A DNA stretch of 64,000 nucleotides from an uncultured Acidobacteriaceae bacterium (GCA_963800745.1 CAWDCI010000034.1:27250-91249); one strand, 5' to 3'. Positions 30,879 to 40,446 are shown, numbered from the stretch's first letter. Numbers and translations are program-made. Notes: generated by a model from the sequence alone, not told the origin.

Positions 30879-31052
30879 TTCGGGTTAAAGACTTTTCCTC
30901 GCCATCTTCGCGTAAATTCAGCCCCGGGGGACGGACACATTCTTGTCCGCCGCCTTTGACCGCTGGCGCCCATCCTGGCGCGGGTGCGGCATGTCGTCCA
31001 TTCGAGTAGGTCGGCCTGCGTCACCGCGCAACTTGGGAAATGTTGGTGAATG

Positions 31053-31535
31053 TCACTGAGGCGATTGATCGACCGAGCCGGGCTTGACGAAGTCAAGGAT
31101 CTGCCCGCGCAGAATGGAGTAACGGTCGCCGTGCTCGCTGTAGGCGTAAGCCATGGGGATTGTCGCTCGCGGGGTGATGATGGTGAGGCGATAAATTGGA
31201 ACGTCCCTGTTCCCGGCGCGCCTGGCTTCGGTGCCGATGTCGGTGATCTCGTCGAAGGAGATTTCGCCCGATTCAGCCTTGAGGACTTTTCGGCTCTTCC
31301 AGCGGACGATGCGCTGCCTGGCGTCGAAGGTGAAGGTTTTGCGGAGGTCCATGATCAGGGCGAATAGCAGAAAGAATGCAGCCAGGAAGAGGCCTTGCGG
31401 TTCGTGGCGGACGATTGCCGAGTAGAGGGTGAAGAGTGCGGCGGCGGCGCAGATTGCGGAGACCCAACGGCTGCCGGCCACGACGACAAGTTCTTGCGGC
31501 GTATGTCGTGCGATGTGCATGGGCTGTCCTGGCAA
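31053..31535 (-). CDS. hypothetical membrane protein (two TM segments plus a small soluble domain, bacterial PH-like by eye)
   Basis: The 160 aa ORF lies on the same strand as, and 191 nt downstream of, the riboswitch-controlled receptor. I am not confident of any family assignment. Confidence 0.5.
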   Translation of the reverse strand: MPGQPMHIARHTPQELVVVAGSRWVSAICAAAALFTLYSAIVRHEPQGLFLAAFFLLFALIMDLRKTFTFDARQRIVRWKSRKVLKAESGEISFDEITDIGTEARRAGNRDVPIYRLTIITPRATIPMAYAYSEHGDRYSILRGQILDFVKPGSVDQSPQ

Positions 31536-31726
31536 GAACTATCGCATGGAAGCGAATCGGCTCGTAAGGCAAATTTTAGGCGGCTGCATGACCGGCGCGC
31601 ATTCGGGCAGCCCGGATATCTTGCATGACTCCTTGGGCGAAGGTGCGCTCACCACTGGGCGCGCAAGCGAGCCACACCTGAGCCATCTCGGCCAGCAGCC
31701 GGGAGCTAAAACCTACTAGATGGATT

Positions 31727-34195
31727 CTACTTCCACGATTCCCCGCCGAAAGTTAGCTTGATACCGGAGCGGAACGTGAAGGGCAACGTAGGGTATCCGA
31801 ACACTTCGCTGTAGTGCTGGCTGAGTACGTTGCCCAACGCGGTGTAAACCTCGACATAGCGATTGACCCGGAAGCCGCCGCTCAGGTCGAGCCGCTGGTA
31901 GGCTTGATCCAGATTCCGGTTTGGCAGCAACATGGTCGGGCCTCCAAAGAAGGGGTCCGACAGGAAATCGCTGTCATCCCGTCTGCTGACGAAAGTTCCG
32001 GTGAGCGAACCGAACCAGCGGGGGCGGGTGTAGTTCAATGCGAAATATCCGGAATGCGGCGCCTGGCGAAATGGGCGAGATCCCTGCAAGGGAGAGAACA
32101 CGCCAATGGGAATGGTGGGAAAAGCCGGATTGGTGGTGGGAAACAAATTATCACTGGAGAAAGAATGCTGAACTACCGCATCCAGGTAAGTGTATCCGCC
32201 GCGCGCAAAGAGATTCCGCGTGATCTTGTACTCGACTTCCGCCTCGGCGCCTTGGGCGCGATATGACAACGAATTGATGGAGGCTCCGAACAGCGCGGCT
32301 TGAACCACGGGTGTCGGGATGCCTAACTCCATCAAACCCTGTTGCGGGACCGACTCGACTCCGTCGGTGAACTCATTGTGAAAATAAGTGAGGCCAATTC
32401 TGGCTCGTCCGTTGAGTAGTTCCTGATCAACCCCGCCATCGTAGGTGCGCGATCTTTCCGCTCCAACCGGAGTAATTCCGTACTGCGCAATTAATTGGCT
32501 GCCGTTGCTCAGCGCCGAAATCAAGGCATAGAGCGAATTGTCCTGCTGGAATAAGCTGGGTTCCTTGATCCCGTTGCTGAAGCTGGCGCGAACTTTGGTT
32601 CCGCTGAAGATCGCCGACTGTCGCGGACGAAACAGATAATAGGCCAGCGAAGCGCGCGGCGTTCCCGCCAGGCCAAACAGCGCATTGTTCTCGATTCCGC
32701 TGCCTACGGTGTAGTACAACCGGCTGAAGAAGTCTCCGGCCAGTTGCATGGTGTAACTGTAATTTCCGCGATCGGTGGAAGAGGGAGCAAAACCGGTAAA
32801 ACTGCTCTGCCCGCGCTCCGCTTCGTACTTGAATCCCGCCAGCGCCGTCAGGTGCGAGCTAAACCGGTAGTCCGATTGCGCATAAACAAAGTCCCGGTTG
32901 GTGGTGGTGAGACTTTGGCTGGGATAAGTGCCGGCATACTGAAAAATTGCCTGCCCGCTGACCGTATAGCCGTTCGCCCCATGAAGCGTGACCGGCGCTC
33001 CCAGGTAGCAATCGGTGAAACCATCGTCAAAGCAGTCAGCGGGAATGCCGGTGGGCGCAAAGTCAGTGTACGGTTCGCGCAGCCGCACCATGCCATAGCG
33101 CACCAGGTTGTGCCAGCGCTCGGTGGTTTGATTCTCGAATGTAACTGCAAGGTAAGTGTCGTCGTCTTTCTGTCCCGCGGCATCGGGAATTCCATACAAC
33201 TGAATGGCGTTGGGTAGGGCCAGGTGGTTGGCCACGTGACGGACGGTCGCGCGCAAAGTGGTTCCCGCCCGCGGAGTCCAACCAAAATTCCCGGCGTAGG
33301 TGCCGTTGTGGTATGAGCTGTCGGGCTCGGCGTTTCGCGTGTTGATCAGGGAAAACGCGGAAAAATAATCGAAGCTCTTGTAAGCGCCTCCCACCGTGGC
33401 TTCCTGATGGTAAGTGCTAAAGTTGCCGCCGTCGGCCGCGTAGGTGAATTCGGGCACCGGGGTTGAGCCGCGGGCAGTCGTCAAACTCACAACTCCAGCC
33501 AGGGCGTCGGAACCGTACAAAGCGCTGTTGGGTCCGCGCAGCACTTCGGCCTGGTCCATTCCCGTCGCCGGCACTGTGGCAAACTCCACCGAACCGCCGA
33601 CAAAACTGGCAGGCAGGCCGTCCACCAGAACTTTGTTGGCATCGCTGCTGCCGCCACGAATGAAGAGGGCAGTCGTGCTGCCCAACTGGCCGCTTTGCGA
33701 CATCTGCACGCCAGGAATCAGGCGCAGCGGCTGCTGCACGTTGAGGGCAGTGGGAAATTCATCCTGCTTCACGACGGTGACGGAGAATCCCAGCTGCGCC
33801 TCGGGAGTCGGTAGGCCGGTAGCCGTCACGGTGATCTGTTGGTTGAGCGCTTCCGGCTTCAGGGTCGCGTTTACCTGAGCTTCCTGTGATTGCGAAGCCT
33901 CCATTGGATTGCTCACGAACACTTGAAAGGATGACGCCGTAATGCGGACCTGGTATTTCCCCGTAGCCTGCGCCTTGAGCTGATAGTTCCCTTCCCGGTC
34001 GCTTGCGGTTTCCGCAACCACGTGTTGATCCTGAAGCAGTTCAATCCTGGCTGCGGAAATAACCGCACCCGAGGAATCCTTCACGGTGCCATGAACGGAG
34101 AATTGACCTGCGGCGAAAGCTGGAGTAACCAGGACCAGACAAACATAGACAAACAGCAAACCAGCCGCTTGGGAACGGCGGATATTCAAAAACAT
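31727..34195 (-). CDS. TonB-dependent receptor with an N-terminal carboxypeptidase-regulatory-like domain; probable cobalamin/corrinoid receptor
   Basis: Signal MFLNIRRSQAAGLLFVYVCLVLVTPAFAAGQ (ATG 34195, preceded by GAGGGG). A CarboxypepD_reg-like segment follows (VHGTVKDSSGAVISAARIELL...DREGNYQL), then the plug (VLRGPNSALYGSDALAGVV), the barrel, and a C-terminal aromatic terminus. It lies directly downstream of two cobalamin riboswitches. Confidence 0.85.
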   Translation of the reverse strand: MFLNIRRSQAAGLLFVYVCLVLVTPAFAAGQFSVHGTVKDSSGAVISAARIELLQDQHVVAETASDREGNYQLKAQATGKYQVRITASSFQVFVSNPMEASQSQEAQVNATLKPEALNQQITVTATGLPTPEAQLGFSVTVVKQDEFPTALNVQQPLRLIPGVQMSQSGQLGSTTALFIRGGSSDANKVLVDGLPASFVGGSVEFATVPATGMDQAEVLRGPNSALYGSDALAGVVSLTTARGSTPVPEFTYAADGGNFSTYHQEATVGGAYKSFDYFSAFSLINTRNAEPDSSYHNGTYAGNFGWTPRAGTTLRATVRHVANHLALPNAIQLYGIPDAAGQKDDDTYLAVTFENQTTERWHNLVRYGMVRLREPYTDFAPTGIPADCFDDGFTDCYLGAPVTLHGANGYTVSGQAIFQYAGTYPSQSLTTTNRDFVYAQSDYRFSSHLTALAGFKYEAERGQSSFTGFAPSSTDRGNYSYTMQLAGDFFSRLYYTVGSGIENNALFGLAGTPRASLAYYLFRPRQSAIFSGTKVRASFSNGIKEPSLFQQDNSLYALISALSNGSQLIAQYGITPVGAERSRTYDGGVDQELLNGRARIGLTYFHNEFTDGVESVPQQGLMELGIPTPVVQAALFGASINSLSYRAQGAEAEVEYKITRNLFARGGYTYLDAVVQHSFSSDNLFPTTNPAFPTIPIGVFSPLQGSRPFRQAPHSGYFALNYTRPRWFGSLTGTFVSRRDDSDFLSDPFFGGPTMLLPNRNLDQAYQRLDLSGGFRVNRYVEVYTALGNVLSQHYSEVFGYPTLPFTFRSGIKLTFGGESWK

Positions 34196-34214
34196 GATTT
34201 TCCCCTCGGAAAGT

Positions 34215-34375
34215 CTCGAGTGGGACCGGTCTCCTGACTCGCGCATTGTCGAACCTGGCCTGCCTTCCCGGACCATTACCGCCTGTCCAGTGGTTTACCG
34301 CCTGGCCTTGGCTCTCCGCGCTTACAGTTACGGGGTAGTGGCGGATTCGCACCGCGCTTCCCGAGCATCCCACAA
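34215..34375 (-). promoter_or_regulatory. cobalamin riboswitch, proximal copy
   Basis: The minus strand reads GGGAAGCGCGGTGCGAATCCGCCACTACCCCGTAACTGT...CCACTG...GGGAAGGC...AGTCAGGAGACCGGTC (B12 box at 34239-34224). It ends just upstream of the SD and ATG of the receptor. Confidence 0.85.
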
Positions 34376-34379
34376 GCTG

Positions 34380-34411
34380 AAGTTAAGTTGAAAGATGGAA
34401 CGATTCCATCT
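34380..34411 (-). terminator. hairpin plus U-rich tail between the two riboswitches; candidate expression platform of the distal copy
   Basis: On the minus strand, AGATGGAA-UCG-UUCCAUCU (34411-34393) is followed by UUCAACUUAACUU. Confidence 0.4.
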
Positions 34412-34527
34412 CAAGAAACAAATGCAGCGGGATTCTGCTCGCAAGGCTGCTTTCGTGAACGGTCTTATCGAGACCGCCAGAACGCTCTTCAGCTCTCCCA
34501 TCGAAGCTGAATCAGCCCAGATTAGCA

Positions 34528-34675
34528 TCCGGCCGGTCTCCTGACTTGCGCGTCCAGCGAACCGAACAACCTTCCCAAAGGCTCGCGCCCTCAGTGGCGA
34601 AAATATTCAGTTCAGTTCTTCGCGCTCACAGTTACGGGGTAGTGGCGGATTTGCACCGCGCTTCCCGACACCAGA
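34528..34675 (-). promoter_or_regulatory. cobalamin riboswitch, distal copy
   Basis: The minus strand reads GGGAAGCGCGGTGCAAATCCGCCACTACCCCGTAACTGTGAGCG...GCCACTG...GGGAAGG...AGTCAGGAGACCGGCC (B12 box at 34546-34531). Confidence 0.85.
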
Positions 34676-34744
34676 TGAAGAGTAATGTATAGCGCAATAA
34701 AAACACGCCGTCAATGACGTGAAGATTGCGGCGGGTCAAAGTAC

Positions 34745-34800
34745 TTGCCACAAAGGACACGAAGTCACACAAAGAAAGGCTCTGAAACCTTCGTGATACC
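34745..34800. repeat. partial copy of the ACGAAG-rich intergenic element
   Basis: TTGCCACAAAGGACACGAAGTCACACAAAGAAAGG...CCTTCGTGATACC resembles the arms of the element at 28808-28895. Confidence 0.3.
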
Positions 34801-34853
34801 TGGCGTCTTTCCATCGTCGAACCAATACAGCGCCGCGGAAAAGAAGCTGCGAG

Positions 34854-36716
34854 TTATTCGCTCCGGCCGGCCGGCAGGACCGCGAGCAGAGTCAGGTACC
34901 CGTCCACCAGCAACCCCTCGTAGCCATGCGGAGTACCGTCCCACGCCTTCCAGTCATAGGTATTGCCGTCGGCGTCGCTGCCCTGGAATCCACCGTCTTC
35001 AAATGCTTTGAGCATGGGGAAAAGGATCGCATCCGCCTCTTTGTCGCGGCCCAGTTCGCGCAAGGCCTGAATTGTGAAGTAGGCATAGCACGCGGTCGCG
35101 CCACCGTTTTCGTAAATTTGAAATCCGTCGGAGCCATCTGCCTTCTGCGGACCGCCGAATTCCGTGCGCAAGTCAACGTAATCTTCTCTTCGAACTGGGA
35201 TTAGATTTCCCGGCAGCCCAAGATCAAAGCGGGTGTATCCGACTTCTTTCATTTTGGCGAGGAGCCTGTCCCAGATTGCATTGCCTTGTTCATGGTTGAC
35301 CAAACCGTAGGTTACCGCCATGCCGTTCACAAACAGGAAGTAGTAGTCGTGCAGTTGGCCGTCGGCGCTTCTCCAGCCCGCCAGCACGCCCGTGGCGGGA
35401 TCGTAAAAAGTGCGGTAGTAAACCGCTTTGATTGTTTCTGCGCGAGTCTTGTAAATCTTGGCATCGGCCGCATAACCCGCCTCGCTCGAAAGTTCAGCCA
35501 TATCATTGAAGGCCACATAGGCCAAGGCATTTGAATAGGCGTCCTTGTGGCCAAAGCCGATCGTGTCCCACCAATTGGAAGGGCGTATGGTCACTTGCTC
35601 CGGCCACGAACCAGAGTTGCCGCTGAGCGGATATTCCATTAGTCCGTCGCCATCGCGATCAAACTCGATCATCTTGTCGGCCCAGCTCTTGATGACCGAA
35701 TAATTTCGTCGGAGCCAGACTTGATCGCGGCTTGCCTGCACATAATCGGATGAAGCCATCACCAGCGAGGGATAGGTGTCGAGGAAATCGTATTTTGTGT
35801 CCTCGCTATTGTCATAGTCTTGCATGCCGTAGCCCTTCATCCCGCCAATGTAGCGGTCCAACGATTGCCGCAAAATATCGAGGGCGTTCAGGCCGTCGGC
35901 TAACGGAGGCATGCGAGACGCCATCATCGAGTATTCGAACAGGGTGAACGCCACCGCGTCACTGGCGGAATTATTGGCGAGAACCCGCCGCCGGGGATTC
36001 AGTTGCAAGATGTTTAAGAAATCGCGGCGGAATCCGTCATAGCGCGAGTCGCCTTCGAGATTTGCAATATGCGGGTACACAGCCGTCACTTCCAGCCGAT
36101 ACTCGATTTCCTTCTGCTGCCGGTCCGCGGCCGGAAACGACACCCGTATAAAATTGTCGCGGAAGCGCAGTGCATCGTAACCGAGGGCAAGGTTTTTCGC
36201 AGTGGTCGAGACGCGAAACGTCCCGTGATCAGGAAAATGCAGCAAGGCAGGCAGGCGGATTTGTCCCTCATCATTGAAAAGACCGAGCAGCGTGGCGTGG
36301 CTGCCTTTGGGATCGAAATTGAGGATTAACTCTTGCGCCGGAGTTTTCCCCGAATAGTTGGACCGAATCACCAGGCTCCGCTGGCTGAAGGTGAAGGTCC
36401 AAGCTGGTACGGTCTCTCCCGCCTGGCGGTATTCGATGGTCTGGCCATTGCGCGACGCTTCATACCGCGATTGGTTCGTAGCGAGCGGCAGCATGACGTT
36501 GACGTCCAGCTTGTTTTTTCCGAGCGAGTCAACGGCCAGGCTGCGGAAATTCGGCTGATCGGCTGCCATTTCAACTCGGAAAAATGGCGAGCGGTAGTCC
36601 AGGTCCTGCGCTCTAGCGGTCGCCACCGGCAGGAGGACGATGCCAAGAACCACCAGCGACAGGGTTCGAGTGTGATCTGCCAGAAACCGCTGGAGCGTAA
36701 TCCAGATTTTTCTCAC
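34854..36716 (-). CDS. hypothetical secreted protein, possibly an (alpha/alpha)6 glycosidase-like fold
   Basis: The intact 620 aa ORF has a signal-like N-terminus (LSLVVLGIVLLPVATARAQD). The C-terminal half is rich in W/Y/D motifs (GGATACYAYFTIQALRELG...GYEGLLVDGY) that recall six-hairpin glycosidases. The family is not confidently recognised. Confidence 0.5.
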   Translation of the reverse strand: MRKIWITLQRFLADHTRTLSLVVLGIVLLPVATARAQDLDYRSPFFRVEMAADQPNFRSLAVDSLGKNKLDVNVMLPLATNQSRYEASRNGQTIEYRQAGETVPAWTFTFSQRSLVIRSNYSGKTPAQELILNFDPKGSHATLLGLFNDEGQIRLPALLHFPDHGTFRVSTTAKNLALGYDALRFRDNFIRVSFPAADRQQKEIEYRLEVTAVYPHIANLEGDSRYDGFRRDFLNILQLNPRRRVLANNSASDAVAFTLFEYSMMASRMPPLADGLNALDILRQSLDRYIGGMKGYGMQDYDNSEDTKYDFLDTYPSLVMASSDYVQASRDQVWLRRNYSVIKSWADKMIEFDRDGDGLMEYPLSGNSGSWPEQVTIRPSNWWDTIGFGHKDAYSNALAYVAFNDMAELSSEAGYAADAKIYKTRAETIKAVYYRTFYDPATGVLAGWRSADGQLHDYYFLFVNGMAVTYGLVNHEQGNAIWDRLLAKMKEVGYTRFDLGLPGNLIPVRREDYVDLRTEFGGPQKADGSDGFQIYENGGATACYAYFTIQALRELGRDKEADAILFPMLKAFEDGGFQGSDADGNTYDWKAWDGTPHGYEGLLVDGYLTLLAVLPAGRSE

Positions 36717-36772
36717 GGCAACTCTCCCTTCATCCCATGACTTTCATCGAAAAGCTCTGCACCAGTCGGCTT

Positions 36773-38281
36773 TCAGGGAACGCGCTTGCGCTTCCCTTTC
36801 TCCTGAACCGGCAGGGCCTGGGTCGCTCCCGGCAAAAGTGGCTTGGGCAGAAGCACCGTCTGTCCTTCGGCCGCTGCCAGCAGACCCTTCGCATCGGGCA
36901 ATGCAGGCAGCTTGCCTTCGACACCCTTGAAACGAAACGCAGCCGTGAGATCGCCGAAAGTGTTGCGCCGCCAGTCGCTGATATTCGGCTCCTGCACGCC
37001 GGTGAATTTCTCCACAAACTGCAAGACAGAAGTGTGGTCAAACGGCTGGCTGCAAACCCATCCCCCGGCCGTCCAGGGAGAGACGATCATGCAGGGAACG
37101 CGGAATCCCGCGCCGATGGGCAGACCATCCACGAACTCGCGCGGCGTGCCCGGTGGTGGCACCGGTGGCGGAACGTGGTCGAAGATGCCGTCGTTTTCAT
37201 CGTAGTCAAGAATAAAAACGGTTTTGGCCCAGACCTCGGGATTGGCCGCAATCGCATCGATTTTGCTGGCGACGAATGCCGCGCCCGCGGCCGGCATAAA
37301 GTCGGGATGCTCCGACACCGGCCCGGTGGGAATAATCCAGGAAACCGCCGGCAGCTTATCGTTCATGGCGTCTTGTTCAAACTGGTCCGCCGGACCGTGG
37401 CGCATTCCCTTGTCATAAAGCGGCGAGCCCGGAGCCGCGTTCTGAAATACTTTGAAATACTCCAACATATTGCAGCCATAGTTGTCTTCCTGCTGGTAGA
37501 CCTTCCAGCTGATCCCGGCCTTTTCCAGCCGCTCGGGATAAGTGGTCCAGGTAAAACCGCCCGGGATTGGGTGATTCCCGGTCATGGGCCCGCCGAACTC
37601 TCCCTCAGGATCGATGGTCCCGGTCATCCAGTGCATCCGGTTGGGATAGGTTGGACCGAAAACCGAACAGTGGTAGGCGTCGCAAATGGTAAACGCCTCG
37701 GCCAAAGCGAATTGAAATGGAATGTCGGCGCGGGTGTGATAGCCCATGACGTAGGGGCCATTCACGCCGTCCGCTTTGCGGTGCGCCAGCAGCCACTGGT
37801 CCATCTTGCCGCTATTCCAGGACTCATGCTGCACCTTCCAGGCATGGCTGGTGGAGGGAATTTTCTGCGCGCTGGTCTTGAGCGTGTCCAGGTGAAAAGG
37901 CAGCAGATAGCCGTTTGGATTCTCCGCATCCGGCTGATGGAAGACAGATTTCCCATTGGGCAGGAGCAGAGCATTGGCATCATCGAAGCCGCGCACGCCC
38001 GCCATAGTGCCAAAGTAATGGTCAAAAGAGCGGTTCTCCTGCATCAGCAGCACAACATGCTTGATGTCGCGAAACGAGCCGGGCGGCCGCGTATCCGCCA
38101 GCACCCGGCGCAGGTTGGGTGGCAGAAACGAAGACGCGAATGCAGCCGCCGCAAGCCGGGCGGTGTTTCCCAGCAACCGGCGGCGAGTTAGCTTGGTCAA
38201 ACCGTGAGTTTCGGGCTCTTCTTGCTTCACGCCATTCTCCTTACTTCCGTGCTCAGAACCTTCGCTATTGCGATGCGTCAT
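36773..38281 (-). CDS. phosphoesterase family protein (phospholipase C / acid phosphatase AcpA-like), Tat-exported
   Basis: Twin-arginine signal (LTRRRLLGNTARLAAAAFA) and IKHVVLLMQENRSFDHYFGTMAGVRGFDD, typical of the PlcN/AcpA family. Its ATG overlaps the upstream stop (ATGA at 38278-38281). Confidence 0.8.
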   Translation of the reverse strand: MTHRNSEGSEHGSKENGVKQEEPETHGLTKLTRRRLLGNTARLAAAAFASSFLPPNLRRVLADTRPPGSFRDIKHVVLLMQENRSFDHYFGTMAGVRGFDDANALLLPNGKSVFHQPDAENPNGYLLPFHLDTLKTSAQKIPSTSHAWKVQHESWNSGKMDQWLLAHRKADGVNGPYVMGYHTRADIPFQFALAEAFTICDAYHCSVFGPTYPNRMHWMTGTIDPEGEFGGPMTGNHPIPGGFTWTTYPERLEKAGISWKVYQQEDNYGCNMLEYFKVFQNAAPGSPLYDKGMRHGPADQFEQDAMNDKLPAVSWIIPTGPVSEHPDFMPAAGAAFVASKIDAIAANPEVWAKTVFILDYDENDGIFDHVPPPVPPPGTPREFVDGLPIGAGFRVPCMIVSPWTAGGWVCSQPFDHTSVLQFVEKFTGVQEPNISDWRRNTFGDLTAAFRFKGVEGKLPALPDAKGLLAAAEGQTVLLPKPLLPGATQALPVQEKGKRKRVP

Positions 38282-40218
38282 CGGGCCGGAATCACCGGCA
38301 AATCAATGAAGCTGGCCGCGTCCGCCGCATGGTAGATCCGCTGCGTAGCCTTCACAAAGTCCTGGGGCCTCGCGAAAAAGATGTTTGGCACAAAAGTTTG
38401 TGGATTGCGATCGTAAAGCGGGAACCAACTGGACTGCACTTGCACCATGATGCGGTGCCCCGGCAGGAATACATGATCGGCCATGGGCAGCGCGAACTTG
38501 TACGTAAGCGGTGCATTCGCCTGGACCGGCTTGGCGGTCGTGAAGCTTTCGCGATACCGGCCGCGAAAAATATCCATCCCGATAGCCAGTTCGTAGCCAC
38601 CCATTTCCGGCTGACTGGGGACTTCATCCGGGTAAACGTCAATCAGTTTGACCACCCAGTCGCTGTCCGTTCCGCTGGTCGAGGCGACAAGGTTCACGAT
38701 TGGTGGTCCGCCGATGCGCAGCGCTTCCGTCAGCGGCGAAGTGACATAGGAGAGAACATCGGGACGGTCAACCACGGCACGCTGATCGGTGAGCAGCCAT
38801 TCCTTCCATTCATCCCAGTTCGCAAAGCGCACCGGACGGCGGATATAGGGCACAGGTTTGGCAGGATCCGAAACGTACTCGTCATACGCCGTTTTCGAAT
38901 CGCTCCCGGACGGCGCAGCGAACGACAAACCGAAATTCTCTGTCAGGTAAATCGGCTTCGACTTCATGGCGCATCCGCTCTCGCAGGCCAGCGGCCAGGA
39001 CTTCAAGCGGTCCCAGTGGTTTTCCCCAGTGTTATAGATCAGGACCGGTGGAGTATTTGCCTTGGGCGCGCCGTCTTTCAAATACTGATCGAAGAAGGGC
39101 TTGAGCACGTCCCGGCGAAATTGCAGCGCCGTATTGCCTTCCCACTTCAGCGGCCCGAGCGTGTAGCCGTCATAATTTACCCCGCTGTGGCGCCACGGAC
39201 CCATCACAAGAAAATTCATGTCGTTGCGAGCGTCTTTCGGCTCCACTGCCAGATAGCAGTGAATCGCTCCCCACATGTCCTCCTGATCCCACAGGCCCTG
39301 AATCCACATGGTGGGCACTTTCAGGGGCTGCGCCTCCATGATCTTGTCGAGCGCCTGCCCCTGCCAGAATTCATCATAGGCGGGATGTTCCGAGACCTTG
39401 CGCCACCAAGGCAACTGGTCCAGACCTCCAGCCTTCGCAAAGTTGCCGGCCGAACCCGCGCGCAGGAAATTGTCGTAGTCGTCATAACTCTCGCGTGCAA
39501 TGCCCTGGCCGGGACCGTGCGCCGAAGTCTGGCCGGAGAAGTAATCCAGGCTGGGTTGGCGGAATGCGCCGAAATGAAACCAGTCGTCGCCCATCCAGCC
39601 GTCCACCATGGGGCTCATGGGCGCCGCGACCTTCAATGCGGGATGGGGATTAACCAGCGCCATCACTACGGTAAAGCCCTCGTAAGAACTTCCAAGCATT
39701 CCGACTTTCCCGTTGGATTCGGGCACATTCCTCACCAGCCAATCAATACTGTCGTACGCATCGGTGGAGTGATCGGTCGTACTGGAATTGAGCGGCCCTC
39801 GCAAGGGGCGAGTCATGAAGTACTCGCCTTCCGAACCATGCTTGCCGCGCACATCCTGGAAGACCCGAATGTATCCGTCGGCCACAAACAACTCATCCCC
39901 CTGCGGCAACAATGCCAGCATGTTTGGAGACTGGTTGCGCTGGGCTCGCGCCGAGGCGTTGTAAGGAGTACGGGTGAAAAGGATGGGCGCGTTCTTAGCC
40001 CCACGCGGCACCACGATGACCGTATGCAGCTTCACTCCATCACGCATGGGAATCATCACATCCCGCTTGATGTAGTCGTTGGAGGCGGTCGGCGCCTCGT
40101 ACTTGGGGGAAACGTCTGGCGTCTGCGGCGAAGTCTGGGCGCACGAAGCCGGCATCAGGGCAAACAGAATGGCCGCCAACCAAAGGCAACTACGAACCAA
40201 TGAGGACCCACGAATCAT
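38278..40218 (-). CDS. CocE/NonD family hydrolase (X-Pro dipeptidyl-peptidase S15-like)
   Basis: DVMIPMRDGVKLHTVIVVPRGAKNAPILFTRTPYNA, GKVGMLGSSYEGF (nucleophile elbow), and a C-terminal beta-sandwich domain. The ATG at 40218 (MIRGSSLVRSCLWLAAILFAL) was chosen inside the longer ORF. Confidence 0.8.
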   Translation of the reverse strand: MIRGSSLVRSCLWLAAILFALMPASCAQTSPQTPDVSPKYEAPTASNDYIKRDVMIPMRDGVKLHTVIVVPRGAKNAPILFTRTPYNASARAQRNQSPNMLALLPQGDELFVADGYIRVFQDVRGKHGSEGEYFMTRPLRGPLNSSTTDHSTDAYDSIDWLVRNVPESNGKVGMLGSSYEGFTVVMALVNPHPALKVAAPMSPMVDGWMGDDWFHFGAFRQPSLDYFSGQTSAHGPGQGIARESYDDYDNFLRAGSAGNFAKAGGLDQLPWWRKVSEHPAYDEFWQGQALDKIMEAQPLKVPTMWIQGLWDQEDMWGAIHCYLAVEPKDARNDMNFLVMGPWRHSGVNYDGYTLGPLKWEGNTALQFRRDVLKPFFDQYLKDGAPKANTPPVLIYNTGENHWDRLKSWPLACESGCAMKSKPIYLTENFGLSFAAPSGSDSKTAYDEYVSDPAKPVPYIRRPVRFANWDEWKEWLLTDQRAVVDRPDVLSYVTSPLTEALRIGGPPIVNLVASTSGTDSDWVVKLIDVYPDEVPSQPEMGGYELAIGMDIFRGRYRESFTTAKPVQANAPLTYKFALPMADHVFLPGHRIMVQVQSSWFPLYDRNPQTFVPNIFFARPQDFVKATQRIYHAADAASFIDLPVIPAR

Positions 40219-40446
40219 GCAAGAACTCCGTAAATGGCGTACCTCTGTGCAAAGCACAGAATGCTTTTTGCAACCGGACACTTATTGTAAATGTTGTTGG
40301 CGGGTGGTAGCGGAGCGCGTCATCAAGTCAAACGACGAAGGAACGAACCTCTTCGAACCTGCTGGGGCGAGACGGGTTGGCCCCGCATATCAAGGTCCAT
40401 GAAAGCAACCAACGCAACCACGGAGCGCCCGTCGAAATTCCGCAAT

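Noticed and set aside
34328-34528. 66 aa minus-strand ORF between the riboswitches, considered as a possible leader peptide or small gene
   Set aside because: It overlaps the conserved core of the proximal aptamer, has no RBS, and reads as low-complexity translation. The region is better explained as riboswitch plus expression platform.
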